Made by a program: the position numbers and the translations under genes. Positions 19,915-29,907 of a DNA stretch of 64,000 bases are shown in pieces (position 1 is the first letter of the stretch; the number at the start of each line of letters is the position of its first letter). Below the pieces are notes generated by a model, which saw nothing but the letters and a program-made list of their open reading frames with translations, did not search any database and had not been told where the DNA came from. Origin of the DNA: Myxococcales bacterium (GTDB taxonomy: Bacteria > Myxococcota_A > UBA9042). The stretch lies in assembly GCA_037441385.1 (NCBI GenBank), contig JBBISH010000007.1:1-64000 (forward strand). Direction: 5' to 3'.

Positions 19915-22900
19915 ATGTCCGCTCCCGTCGCGACCACCCTGCCCGACCTGCAACGCCAGGCTGATCGCGTTAGCCGGTTCATCGATCGCTGGCGGCTGGC
20001 CGGCGGCGGCGAGTTGGCCAATTCACAGAGCTACCTGGGTGAGCTGTGCGAGCTGTTGGGCGTGCCGCGCCCCGAGCCGCTGCAGCCCGAAGAAGGCAAG
20101 AACCACTACGTCTTTGAAATGCCGGTGCGCGATCCGTACCTGGACCGCAATGGCCCGCCGCTGCGGATCGATCTGTACCACCAAGACGCGTTCGTGCTGG
20201 AGGCGAAGCAGGGGGTGGGCGAAGCGCCCGTGGCAGGTGGCCTGTTCGGCGACTTGAGTGCGCCGGTCGGGCCGATGAAGAAGGGCATCGGGGTTCGCGA
20301 TTCCGCCAAGTGGCACGAGAAGATGGCGGCGGCGCGCGCCCAGGCCCAGCGCTACGTGACCATGCTGCCCGCGGGCCATCGGCCGCCGCCGTTCTTGCTG
20401 GTGGTCGACGTGGGCCATTGCATCGAGGTGTGGGCCAATTTTGCCCGAGACGGCAAGGCCTACACGCAGTTCCCCTCGCGCGAGAAGTTCCGTATCTACC
20501 ACGAGGTGCCCGCTGGTCGGGCGGGCGTGAGCATCGAAGACGCGGCGGTGCAGCAGTTGCTGGCGACGATCTGGACGGATCCGGAGTCGCTGAACCCGGC
20601 GCGGCATGCGGCCAAAGTGTCGCGCGAGGCGGCGTTGGCGCTGGCCGAGTTGGCCAAGGCGCTGGAGTCGCCGGTGGACCAGGGCGGCAGCGGCTATGGC
20701 GCCGAAGCGGTAGCGCAGTTCTTGATGCGCTGCATGTTCACGATGTTCGCGGAAGATGTTGGCCTGTTGCCGCATAGTTCATTTTCCGAGCTACTGGACC
20801 GGGCCACGCACAGCCCGCACGCCTTTGCCGGCTGGCTGACGAAGCTGTGGGAGGAGATGAACAACGGGACCGACATGGAGACCTCAAACGGCGTAGTGCC
20901 GATGTACTCACTGGTCCTGAAGGATGCACCACGAATCCGCAGGTTCAACGGCGGCCTGTTTGCCCAGCAGTACGCGCTGCCGCTCAACGCCACGCAGATC
21001 GAGCTGCTCAAGCGTGCCGCCGATCGCGACTGGTCGCAGGTCGAGCCGGCGATCTTCGGGACGCTGCTCGAACGAGCGCTGAGTCCCGGCGACCGCCACA
21101 AGCTCGGCGCCCACTACACGCCGCGGGCCTACGTCGAGCGGCTGGTCAACCCCACGGTGATCGAACCGCTCCGCGCCGACTGGCTGCGGGCCCAGGCCGA
21201 GGCGGCGACTTACGAGAGTCAGCGGCGGGGAACCGGGCTGCCGGTCCTCGAGCGCTTTCACCAGCGGCTGGTTACGGTCAAGGTCCTGGATCCGGCGTGC
21301 GGCTCGGGCAACTTCCTGTATGTGACGCTGGACCTGCTAAAGCGCCTGGAAGGCGAAGTGGTGCAGGCCATCGACGACCTGCGCGCCGAGCTGGGGATGC
21401 CGCCGCGCGGGCTCCGCGAGGGTGGCAACGAGTCGGTGCATCCGCGGCAGTTCTTGGGCATCGAGGTCAACCCGCGAGCGGCGGTGATCGCCGAAGCGGT
21501 GCTGTGGATCGGTTACCTGCAGTGGCAACAGAAGAACCTGAGCAGCAATGACCCGGAACTGGAACGGAAGCTGCGGGAAAAGTCGGTGCTCGAGAACCTG
21601 AAGAACATCGAGAACCGTGACGCGGTGTTGGCTTGGGATGGGCCCGCAGGGCGGCCGCTCGAAGGCGTGCTGGTCTTAGAAGCGGACGGGCGGCCGAAGA
21701 GTGTTTGGGATGGCGTGAGCACGAAGCGGCACCCGGTCACCGGGTTGGAGGTGCCGGACGAAAGCAAGCGCCGGTTGGTGTACACATACCCCAATGCGCG
21801 GCGGGCGGAGTGGCCGGAGGCGGATTTTGTTGTGGGGAATCCGCCGTTTATTGGGACATCACGCTTGCGGGCCGCCCTGGGTGACGGCTACACGGATGCC
21901 TTGCGAAGCACCTATCCAGAAGTACCGGAAAGCGTCGATTTCGTGATGTACTGGTGGGAGAAGGCGGCGACCCTCCTTGGTCCGGGCCATATTCGGCGGT
22001 TTGGGTTCATCACGACAAACAGCATTACGCAGACGTTCAACCGCCGGGTCATTCAACAGCATCTTGACGATATTTCGCTAGTTTTTGGCGTGCCAGATCA
22101 TCCCTGGGTGGAATCGGCGGAAGGCGCCGCGGTTCGCATTGGCATGACTGTTGCCGCCCCAGGGGCAGGTAGCGAAGGAAACCTTGCGCGCGTGGAGAAC
22201 GAGGCGCCCGGCGATGGCGGCGAGATCGAAGTCAGCATCGCCAGTGCTCAGGGTACGTTGCACGCGGACTTGCGTGTTGGCGCCAACGTGAGCAAAGCCA
22301 CTGCGTTGATCGCCAATCGCCAACTCTCGTCCCCTGGTGTGAAGCTGCACGGGTCGGGATTCATTGTCACGAGGGAGCGTGCACAGCAACTTGGGCTGGG
22401 CCGGATTCAGGGGCTTGAGCAGCACATCCGTGAGTATCGAAATGGGAAAGACTTGACCGCAAGGAGCCGCGACGTGCTTGTGGTCGACCTGTTCGGGCTC
22501 GCCGAAGGCGACATCGTGCAGAAATTCCCTGAGGTGTTCCAGCATGTACATGAAAGCGTATGGCCAGAACGCGCGATCAACGCCCGTGCGACATATCGCG
22601 ACAACTGGTGGGTGTTTGGGGAGCCGCGTCGCGAACTTCGCCCTGCGCTGGCAGGCTTGCCGCGGTACATCGCCACAGTCGAAACGACGAAGCACCGCGT
22701 ATTTCAGTTCCTTGACACGACAATACTGCCAGACAACATGCTGATCGCGATTGCGCTCGAGGACGCCTTCCATTTGGGGGTGTTGTCGAGTCGGGCACAC
22801 GGCCCATGGTCCCTCGCGGCCGGCGGCCGTCTAGGTGTCGGCAACGACCCCCGCTACAACAAGTCGCGCTGTTTCGACCCCTTCCCTTTCCCCGCCACCA

Positions 22901-23538
22901 CGCCCGACCAGCAATCCCGCATCCGCGACCTCGGCGAACGCCTAGATGCCCACCGCAAGTCCCGCCAGGCCCTCCACCCCGACCTGACCCTGACCGGCAT
23001 GTACAACGTCCTGGAAGCCCTCCGCGCCGGCCGCGAGCTCACCGCCAAGGAGCGCATCATCCACGAGCAGGGCCTCTGTTCCCTGCTCCTGCAAATCCAC
23101 AACGACCTGGACGCCGCCGTGTTCGACGCGTACGGCTGGCCGCGCGACCTGGACGACGAAGCCATCCTGCAGCGCCTGGTCGACCTGAACGCCGAGCGCG
23201 CCGACGAAGAGCGCCGCGGCCTGGTCCGCTGGCTGCGCCCCGAGTTCCAGAACCCGCATGGTCACAAGGCCGTGGAGGTCGGCGACCTGGGCCTGGTCGA
23301 GGCGGAAGGCGACGACGAAGCGCTACCGGTCAAGTTGCCGAAGTTCCCCGGCAAGCCGGGCGAGGCCTTGGATGCCGTGCAGGCTGAGCTGGGTCGGAGT
23401 AAAGTGCCGCGGACGGCGGCGGAGCTGGCGGCGGCGTTCGAGGGCGGTCGGGTCGAGGCGGTGGCGTTGATGCTGAGCAACCTGGCGATGTTTGGGCTGG
23501 CTCGCGAGGTGGAGGGTGGGGGTTGGGTTGCGGGGTAG
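19915..23538 (+). CDS. Type IIL/IIG restriction-modification enzyme (MmeI-like fused endonuclease-N6-adenine methyltransferase)
   Basis: N-terminal RIDLY...LEAK nuclease motif; GAHYTP; LDPACGSGNFL; GNPPF; TRD-like C-terminal half ending RYNKSRCFDPFPFP. Confidence 0.9.
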   Translation: MSAPVATTLPDLQRQADRVSRFIDRWRLAGGGELANSQSYLGELCELLGVPRPEPLQPEEGKNHYVFEMPVRDPYLDRNGPPLRIDLYHQDAFVLEAKQGVGEAPVAGGLFGDLSAPVGPMKKGIGVRDSAKWHEKMAAARAQAQRYVTMLPAGHRPPPFLLVVDVGHCIEVWANFARDGKAYTQFPSREKFRIYHEVPAGRAGVSIEDAAVQQLLATIWTDPESLNPARHAAKVSREAALALAELAKALESPVDQGGSGYGAEAVAQFLMRCMFTMFAEDVGLLPHSSFSELLDRATHSPHAFAGWLTKLWEEMNNGTDMETSNGVVPMYSLVLKDAPRIRRFNGGLFAQQYALPLNATQIELLKRAADRDWSQVEPAIFGTLLERALSPGDRHKLGAHYTPRAYVERLVNPTVIEPLRADWLRAQAEAATYESQRRGTGLPVLERFHQRLVTVKVLDPACGSGNFLYVTLDLLKRLEGEVVQAIDDLRAELGMPPRGLREGGNESVHPRQFLGIEVNPRAAVIAEAVLWIGYLQWQQKNLSSNDPELERKLREKSVLENLKNIENRDAVLAWDGPAGRPLEGVLVLEADGRPKSVWDGVSTKRHPVTGLEVPDESKRRLVYTYPNARRAEWPEADFVVGNPPFIGTSRLRAALGDGYTDALRSTYPEVPESVDFVMYWWEKAATLLGPGHIRRFGFITTNSITQTFNRRVIQQHLDDISLVFGVPDHPWVESAEGAAVRIGMTVAAPGAGSEGNLARVENEAPGDGGEIEVSIASAQGTLHADLRVGANVSKATALIANRQLSSPGVKLHGSGFIVTRERAQQLGLGRIQGLEQHIREYRNGKDLTARSRDVLVVDLFGLAEGDIVQKFPEVFQHVHESVWPERAINARATYRDNWWVFGEPRRELRPALAGLPRYIATVETTKHRVFQFLDTTILPDNMLIAIALEDAFHLGVLSSRAHGPWSLAAGGRLGVGNDPRYNKSRCFDPFPFPATTPDQQSRIRDLGERLDAHRKSRQALHPDLTLTGMYNVLEALRAGRELTAKERIIHEQGLCSLLLQIHNDLDAAVFDAYGWPRDLDDEAILQRLVDLNAERADEERRGLVRWLRPEFQNPHGHKAVEVGDLGLVEAEGDDEALPVKLPKFPGKPGEALDAVQAELGRSKVPRTAAELAAAFEGGRVEAVALMLSNLAMFGLAREVEGGGWVAG

Positions 23539-23625
23539 CACCGCGAAAACATTGCCGCCCACCCAGGACAGCGTTACCCTGCGGGCCGACTCGGCGACCA
23601 CTCCAGCCGCGTACGGGTACTCGCC

Positions 23626-24966
23626 ATGGCTCAATCCAACTTGCTGGAACGGTCGGTCGCCCTTGGCGCCCAGCTGAAGAGCATCAGCGTCAAGGGCTTC
23701 AAGTGCTTTCGCGACCGCTGTGACCTGGCATTGGGCGATCTGACACTGCTTTGCGGCCGCAATTCGTCGGGCAAGTCGTCCTTCTTGCAGCCGGCCTTGC
23801 TGCTGAAGCAGACCTACTTCGCGCCGATCGACGCCGGTCCGCTGCTGCTGGATGGGCAAAATGTCCAGTTTGCCAACTCGCAGGAGATGTTTTGGCACGG
23901 CGCCGGCCGTGGGGGCAATGCCGCACGCCTTGAATTTGGCTTTCGCATTGGCGACGTGACACGAACGCATGTGTTCTCGCTCGACGCCAAGAAGCGCGTG
24001 ACGCTCGACTGGGTGGAGGTTGGACCAAGCGAGACCAGCGTGATGTTCGTGCCGGACCAAACCCTTTCTTCGACAGAAGTGGCGACCGCCCAGGCCATCG
24101 AAGTCGTGGATGCGTGGTACCACAAGAACGTAACCTTTGGCGTCCGCCGGCATCGCTGCGACGTCTACCTGCTGCCGCGAAAGGGCGGCGGATTCGAATT
24201 CCCCAGCACCGACGTTCGGCCCGACCTTGCCAAGATCTTGGGACGTTGGATGCATGTGCCTGGGCTGCGCGGCAATCCCGAACGTGAGTATGTGACTTAC
24301 CGCCCGCTGCTCACCGATATTCCTGGCCTGTTCCACCGGTACACGGCCGGAATTCTGCGCGCCTGGCAAGAGGAAAGTCCCACCTTGCTTGCCCAGTGTG
24401 CGGCGGACTTGCGGCGCTTGGAGTTGACCTCGGCTATCCGGGTCGATTCGCTCAGCGAAACCAAGGCCTCGATCCAGGTTGGGCGAACCCGACAACCCGC
24501 GAGTAGCGCTGCCTCGGATCTTGTCAACATCGCCGACGTGGGCTTTGGCGTCTCGCAGGTGCTTCCGGTGATTGTGGCGCTGCGCAACGCGCGGCCTGGC
24601 GACATCGTGCACATCGAGCAGCCGGAGCTGCACCTGCACCCAGAGGCACAGTTCCAGCTGGGGCAAATCCTGGTCGAAGTTGCGGTCAGCGGCGTCACGG
24701 TCATCGCCGAGACCCACAGCATGACGCTGATTCGCGGTGCCCAGGCCGCTCGCACGAGGGTGGCCGCCACGAATGCGGAGCGTTCGCCCGTTGTCGCGCA
24801 TTGGTTCGACCGAAATGCGGCTGGGGCGACCAAAGTCCACTCGTCCGTCATGACTGGCGAAGGCATGCTGCCTGACTGGCCCGAAGACCTGACGAGGGCG
24901 GCCATGGATGCCGACCTGCGCTTCCTTGAAGCGAGCCTCGCCCGCGACGCAGGAGGGCTATCTTGA
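23626..24966 (+). CDS. ABC-superfamily ATPase (AAA_15/AAA_21, DUF3696-like)
   Basis: Walker A GRNSSGKS, DVGFGVSQVLP signature, IEQPELHLHP, ETHS, C-terminal DWP. Confidence 0.88.
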   Translation: MAQSNLLERSVALGAQLKSISVKGFKCFRDRCDLALGDLTLLCGRNSSGKSSFLQPALLLKQTYFAPIDAGPLLLDGQNVQFANSQEMFWHGAGRGGNAARLEFGFRIGDVTRTHVFSLDAKKRVTLDWVEVGPSETSVMFVPDQTLSSTEVATAQAIEVVDAWYHKNVTFGVRRHRCDVYLLPRKGGGFEFPSTDVRPDLAKILGRWMHVPGLRGNPEREYVTYRPLLTDIPGLFHRYTAGILRAWQEESPTLLAQCAADLRRLELTSAIRVDSLSETKASIQVGRTRQPASSAASDLVNIADVGFGVSQVLPVIVALRNARPGDIVHIEQPELHLHPEAQFQLGQILVEVAVSGVTVIAETHSMTLIRGAQAARTRVAATNAERSPVVAHWFDRNAAGATKVHSSVMTGEGMLPDWPEDLTRAAMDADLRFLEASLARDAGGLS

Positions 24967-25517
24967 GCGCGGTTGTCCGGGTCGTTGTCGACACATCCGT
25001 GGCTTGGACGGCGATGCCGGAACAATTGGATCGGCCGGCCCAGTTGGCCTGTGTCCGGGCACTTGTGGCTATCGCGGGCATGCCGGACATCCACGTCGCG
25101 ATGAGTGCCGAATTGACGGCCGAGTGGCTCAAAAAGCGCGCCAATGGCAAGGTGTACGCTTCTGCCTTCGCCCTTACTTGGCTGAGCACGATGCGCCAAA
25201 GCCAGCGCCTGTCACACGTTGCGGGCACAAACCCGCAAATCGACCTGCAAATTGCCGCGGTTCGCCTGCAAGGGAGCCGAAAAGCCCTGGCCAAAGACGC
25301 GCACGTCATCGCGACCGCCTTGAACAGCGACCGGCGGTGCCTTTCGCGCGATGACAAAATGCGCGACCACCACTTGCCAGCGCTGGCGCAGGTGGTTCCC
25401 GAAATCGGCGAACTGCAGTGGGTGAACCCAGGCTCGGCTGGTGTCGCGCAGTGGATCGGGTCGGCGATGGCAGAGAACACAGGTTTCAAGATTCGTGATA
25501 CGGCGGTTGGTGGTTGA
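24963..25517 (+). CDS. Putative PIN-domain ribonuclease
   Basis: VVVDTSV, AEW, KDAHVIATA, LSRDD give the PIN acidic quartet; TTG start overlaps the ATPase TGA (TTGA). Confidence 0.7.
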   Translation: MSAVVRVVVDTSVAWTAMPEQLDRPAQLACVRALVAIAGMPDIHVAMSAELTAEWLKKRANGKVYASAFALTWLSTMRQSQRLSHVAGTNPQIDLQIAAVRLQGSRKALAKDAHVIATALNSDRRCLSRDDKMRDHHLPALAQVVPEIGELQWVNPGSAGVAQWIGSAMAENTGFKIRDTAVGG

Positions 25518-25609
25518 AGCGGCAGCCGGCCGTCCATGCGACCGGCACCAACGCCCTCGCGGCCTACCCGGCAATGCCTGGGCCTCGGGAGCCTGCGTAC
25601 CAGGTGTGA

Positions 25610-26740
25610 CTACGCACCCGGCGCACGCTTGCCAAAGTACTCCCCCAAGGTCGCCCCAACCCGCGCATCCGCAAACAATGCTTGTGTCCAAGCGTCAAGC
25701 CGCGCCCCAATCGCCTCTGCCTGCGCCGCCTCGTCGCGCTTGCCGGCGATGACCCGCGACAACGGCTCGCGCATGGTCAGCTTGCGCCATGGACTCGCCT
25801 TGTGGTCGAGCGGCCCACCGACGCAAACGCCTGGAAAGGCCAAGCGCAGGTCGGCCGCGACCAGACCCAAGTCGCTTGTCATCAAGTCCTTCTTGAACTT
25901 GCCGGTGACGTCGATGGTCAAGAAGAGCTCAACGGTGTCATCGGGGTCCACAGGCTTGGTGCGGTGATCCGCGTGGCTGAGCAAGACTCCGACAAAGAGC
26001 GCAGGCGCCCAGTCGCCCCACTCGACACCGACGCGACCCCAAATCTTCGGCTTGTAGTGCGGGCCGCCACCCGTGAACAGCCAAACAGGAACATGAGGCC
26101 AGGCGCGCTTGTCGAGGCCTTGGGCAAGCCGGATGCATGCCGCTTCGACCCGCGGCGCCACCGTGTACGCGACCAGCAACCCCGGCGATAGGGGCTCTTG
26201 GGGCCCAAGCCCTTGTGCAGCCAGGAATTCTTGAAACTGCCGAATCAACTGCTCTACGTGCAGGTCTACGTCCACCGTCGCGTCCAGGAACCGGTACACC
26301 TCGGCCCAGGTAAACGTGCGGTTGCAGAGGTCCCGCGCCTCGGCCGTCTGTATCACGTCGGCACCGATGAACACGAGGTGCTTGTGGCGGCCGTAGTTGC
26401 TGAGGGCGGTGCGATATCGCTCCAGTTGGCCGCTGTCGGTCGGGCTGTTCCATTTGTGCTCGTGCCACAGGACAAACTCGTCGCCGCTAGCCAGCGTTCC
26501 CGAAATTTCGACATCGGGATAGATCGTCGCCTGGCTGGCGTCGCCGAGGCGGGCGGCTTGCGTTTCGAACTTGAGCGACTGGGCGTCGACGGGACTCCCG
26601 AGCACCTCGCTTGCCCACGTGGCACCGATGTCTGGCGAGGCCTGCAGCAAGTGGACAAAGGCTGCGGTCAAGAAGTTCTCTTCGGGCGTGATGTTCTGGC
26701 GCGGGCGGTGGTTGAACAGGGCGTCGAAGAGGTTGGGCAT
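25610..26740 (-). CDS. PD-(D/E)XK nuclease family protein
   Basis: ENFLTAAF...YPDVEI...HEHKW...GQLERY pattern. Confidence 0.75.
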   Translation of the reverse strand: MPNLFDALFNHRPRQNITPEENFLTAAFVHLLQASPDIGATWASEVLGSPVDAQSLKFETQAARLGDASQATIYPDVEISGTLASGDEFVLWHEHKWNSPTDSGQLERYRTALSNYGRHKHLVFIGADVIQTAEARDLCNRTFTWAEVYRFLDATVDVDLHVEQLIRQFQEFLAAQGLGPQEPLSPGLLVAYTVAPRVEAACIRLAQGLDKRAWPHVPVWLFTGGGPHYKPKIWGRVGVEWGDWAPALFVGVLLSHADHRTKPVDPDDTVELFLTIDVTGKFKKDLMTSDLGLVAADLRLAFPGVCVGGPLDHKASPWRKLTMREPLSRVIAGKRDEAAQAEAIGARLDAWTQALFADARVGATLGEYFGKRAPGA

Positions 26741-26889
26741 GGGCAGGTCTCGGCGCGGATGGGCTCGTGGGTGCTGGCTTCCCGGGTCAGCGTAGGCTGG
26801 CAGGCGACGTAGGGCAGTTCGAAGCGCAAGCGGCTGCGCGCAAGGCTACGCCGCCCGCCCAGGCTGCGCAACTTACTGATCCCCAGCCG

Positions 26890-27711
26890 CTACTCCCGCA
26901 CCTCCACCACCCGCACCATCCACCGCAGAACCGCCCCCTCGGTCGGGCGCCGCTGCTCAACAACCAACCACGCCGGGTCCCGCTGCAGCAGTTCGCGCAG
27001 TGTCTTGGCGCCGAACTGACGCGGATTGAAATTCAGCCCGCCCTTGCGCAGGCCCATGCCCACAGCACCCAGCTCGGCCCACCCGGTCGCGTCGACGGCC
27101 TGGGCAATGGCCTCAACCAAGCGGTCGCGGGGCAGCTCTGGGGGCGCGACCTTGACCTGCTCCCCCTTGACCTTCTTGACCTTTGCCGCCTTTTCCACCG
27201 GCGCCAACGTAGCCGCGCTCTGGGCCCCGGACTTGCCCGGCTGGGCCGGCAGGTCCTCGGTGTAGACGAACTGGTCGCAGGCGGCGACAAATGCCTCGGG
27301 CGTCTTGCGTTCGCCAAAGCCGTACACGGTCAGGCCAGCTTCGCGGAGCCGCTGCGCCAGCCGGGTATAGTCGCTGTCGCTCGACACCAGGCAGAAGCCA
27401 TGGAACTGCCCGGTGTACATCAGGTCCATCGCGTCGATGATGAGCGCGCTGTCGGTCGCGTTCTTGCCCGTGGTGTAGGCGAACTGCTGAATCGGCGTAA
27501 TCGAATGCGCCAGCAGGGTCTTCTTCCAGCCGCTCATCGCCTGGGTGGTCCAGTCGCCATAGGCCCGCTTGACTGTGGCGCGCCCCAGGCCGGCGATTTG
27601 GGCCAACAGTGGACCCGCCACTGCGGCCGCGACGTTGTCGGCGTCCAGCAGGACCGCCAGGCGCGGCTGGTCGTGGCCAGGGCCGATGTGCGCAGGTGGG
27701 CTGATTTTCAT
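26890..27711 (-). CDS. NYN domain protein with C-terminal OST-HTH/LOTUS domain
   Basis: LAVLLDADN, GKNATDSALIIDAMD, VSSDSDY, FNPRQFG..TLRELL. Confidence 0.9.
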   Translation of the reverse strand: MKISPPAHIGPGHDQPRLAVLLDADNVAAAVAGPLLAQIAGLGRATVKRAYGDWTTQAMSGWKKTLLAHSITPIQQFAYTTGKNATDSALIIDAMDLMYTGQFHGFCLVSSDSDYTRLAQRLREAGLTVYGFGERKTPEAFVAACDQFVYTEDLPAQPGKSGAQSAATLAPVEKAAKVKKVKGEQVKVAPPELPRDRLVEAIAQAVDATGWAELGAVGMGLRKGGLNFNPRQFGAKTLRELLQRDPAWLVVEQRRPTEGAVLRWMVRVVEVRE

Positions 27712-28070
27712 GTTCGGGCTCCGTGAACGGCTCGCGACTCGCCCGCATCCTGGCCGGTTCCGGCGGCGTGTCAAGCGGCACGAGGGCCGTGGCGCTCCGG
27801 CGATGGCCCGCCCAGACCAAGGCAACCCCTGACTTGCCCAGCATTCTCGCCGCGCCGAACCAGCCGTCGTTGCAGAACACCTTGCAGCAGGGCGGCCCGA
27901 TAGACGACGCGATAGTGCTGGGCAATCGCTGACCGCTCGAGCAGAAGACATGGGCGGGGCTGACGCTGCATCGCCACCGAGCCCTTGCTCCGAGCCCTTG
28001 CTCCGCGGCAAACCGGGATCTAGGCTTGCCGCCACGCGCGCGCCAGCTGCGGTCGCGCCAGAGGTCGCCC

Positions 28071-28421
28071 GTGTGGTACTATGTGCTGAAAATCGCGTTG
28101 TCGGCCGCGATGATCGTCGCAGTCACCGAGGTCGCCAAGCGCTCGTCAACCTTTGCCGCGCTGACCGCGTCGCTGCCACTCACGTCCATCCTGGCGTTCG
28201 TCTGGCTCCATCTGGAGGGCGAGCCGCCCCAGACCATCGCCAAGCTCGCCGGACAGATCCTGTGGCTGGTGCTGCCATCGCTGGTGCTGTTCGTGGCGCT
28301 GCCGCTGTTGCTGCGAAACGGCGTGGAGTTTTGGACGAGTCTATTGCTCGCCTCGGCGGCCACGGCGGGCAGCTATGCCGGGCTGCTGCCGTTGTTGCGG
28401 AGGGTGGGCGTAGACGTGTAG
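28071..28421 (+). CDS. DUF3147 family membrane protein
   Basis: EVAKRS..AALTASLPLTSILA motif, four TM helices. Confidence 0.75.
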   Translation: MWYYVLKIALSAAMIVAVTEVAKRSSTFAALTASLPLTSILAFVWLHLEGEPPQTIAKLAGQILWLVLPSLVLFVALPLLLRNGVEFWTSLLLASAATAGSYAGLLPLLRRVGVDV

Positions 28422-28747
28422 GTGGAAACTCCCTGGAGACCGTGGCCATTTCATGCTTGGCGCGTAGCGGGACAGTCCGAACTGCTCCTAGGGGCCCGAT
28501 CAGTTTGGGCTTTCGCCGGACACGCGAGGCCTCGTATTCGGCGCGGCGGGTCGCTGAAGGCGCTCGCTTGCGCCCCACCAAGGGGCTAGAGGCGCGGCCG
28601 GGAGCACCTCCCCAAACCACTCAAAATCAATCTGGCTTCCGCATCTGCGGGCCCCGCAACCTGACGCCCGGGACGGGCGTCCCCACCCAGGCCGGGCCCT
28701 AGGATCGTCGCCCACACGCCCAAAATCATCCGCAAGGAAGAAACCAG

Positions 28748-28891
28748 CCCCAGATCACCGCCAGCAAGCCCCAGCACCCTTCCTCTAGCGGGAATTCAGC
28801 ACCAGCAAGACCCCATTCACTCTCACCAAGCCCCAAAGACCTCTCGCAAGCAAGAATTCATCTCCGCAACGGCCCAAATCACTCCAAAATA
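28748..28891. repeat. Degenerate ~20-21 bp tandem repeat, C/A-rich
   Basis: About 7 units, many beginning cccca/gaattca and ending (g)caag. Confidence 0.5.
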
Positions 28892-28939
28892 GACTGCTCG
28901 CGGTTCAAATGACCTCCCGCGACCCGTCACTGCGACCCG

Positions 28940-29560
28940 TCACTGCAGCTCCACCGACGTCGCAATCCGCAAAAACAGCGCCACGCAGCCAAAACCCACC
29001 GCAATCAAGAACCCGCCGATGACCGCACCCACGCCCAGCCCCGGCTCATGCCCCACCAGCACCGACTGCTGCGGATCCGCTGGGTCGTAGCGCACCTGTA
29101 CCGTGCTGCCCACCCTGGGCAGCCGCGCCTTGGCCGCCCGCGTCAGCGCCTCGATGTTGCTGGCACTGCTCGCGCTGTGCTCACCCGTGCAGCGTTGGCC
29201 GTCCACTTCGTAGGAGTAGGCAACCCCAGGCACGGTCAGCCAATCGCTCTCGCCCGGCACCTGCACCGTCGCGTCCGCAGTGACCACCCCTGGCACCACC
29301 CGTGTCATCCGCTGCGCCGCAGCCCACTCGGCCAGGTCGCGGCCCACAAAGGCAAAGCCGGGCCCGCACAAAAAAGCGCAGCTCAGCACGGCCAAGAACA
29401 GCCCTTCGCCCAAGTGCTCGGCCGGCACCTGATCGGCCAAGGCGACGGCGATGCAACCCCCGATGGGCACCAGCAGCGCCGTCAAGACCCAGCCCAGGCG
29501 GCCGGTCCAACGGACCCAGGCGGGGGCGGTGGGGGCTGTGGTTGGCTGCTCGGCGCTCAC
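28940..29560 (-). CDS. DUF3592-like membrane protein
   Basis: Two TM helices, YSYEVDG...VQVRYDPADPQQSVL, C-terminal TM; GTG start overlaps the MNT stop. Confidence 0.75.
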   Translation of the reverse strand: MSAEQPTTAPTAPAWVRWTGRLGWVLTALLVPIGGCIAVALADQVPAEHLGEGLFLAVLSCAFLCGPGFAFVGRDLAEWAAAQRMTRVVPGVVTADATVQVPGESDWLTVPGVAYSYEVDGQRCTGEHSASSASNIEALTRAAKARLPRVGSTVQVRYDPADPQQSVLVGHEPGLGVGAVIGGFLIAVGFGCVALFLRIATSVELQ

Positions 29561-29907
29561 GGCGCCCCATCCCGCTGGTACAGCACCACGCCCACGCGCT
29601 GGATGTGGTCGCGCAGCGCCGGATTGCCGATCGCGGCCAGCACCGCCACGTCGACCATGTAAGGGATCTCGGAGTCGTCCAGCTCGCTCCACACCGCGCC
29701 GCGGGTCGCCTCCGTGACTGCGCTCCCGGTCAGCACCAGATCGATATCCGAGCCTTCGCGAAACGTCCCCAGGGCGCGCGAACCATACAGCACAGCGCGG
29801 TCGATTTCCGGGTGCCGCGCCAGCACCGCCCGCACGGTGGCCAGAGTGTGCGCGCTGAGACCCCACGCGCTCTCTCCGCCTGACCTTGCCGCATGTGCCC
29901 CGCTCAT
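29557..29907 (-). CDS. Minimal nucleotidyltransferase (MNT) antitoxin
   Basis: LYGSRALG...SDIDL, VDV. Confidence 0.88.
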   Translation of the reverse strand: MSGAHAARSGGESAWGLSAHTLATVRAVLARHPEIDRAVLYGSRALGTFREGSDIDLVLTGSAVTEATRGAVWSELDDSEIPYMVDVAVLAAIGNPALRDHIQRVGVVLYQRDGAP

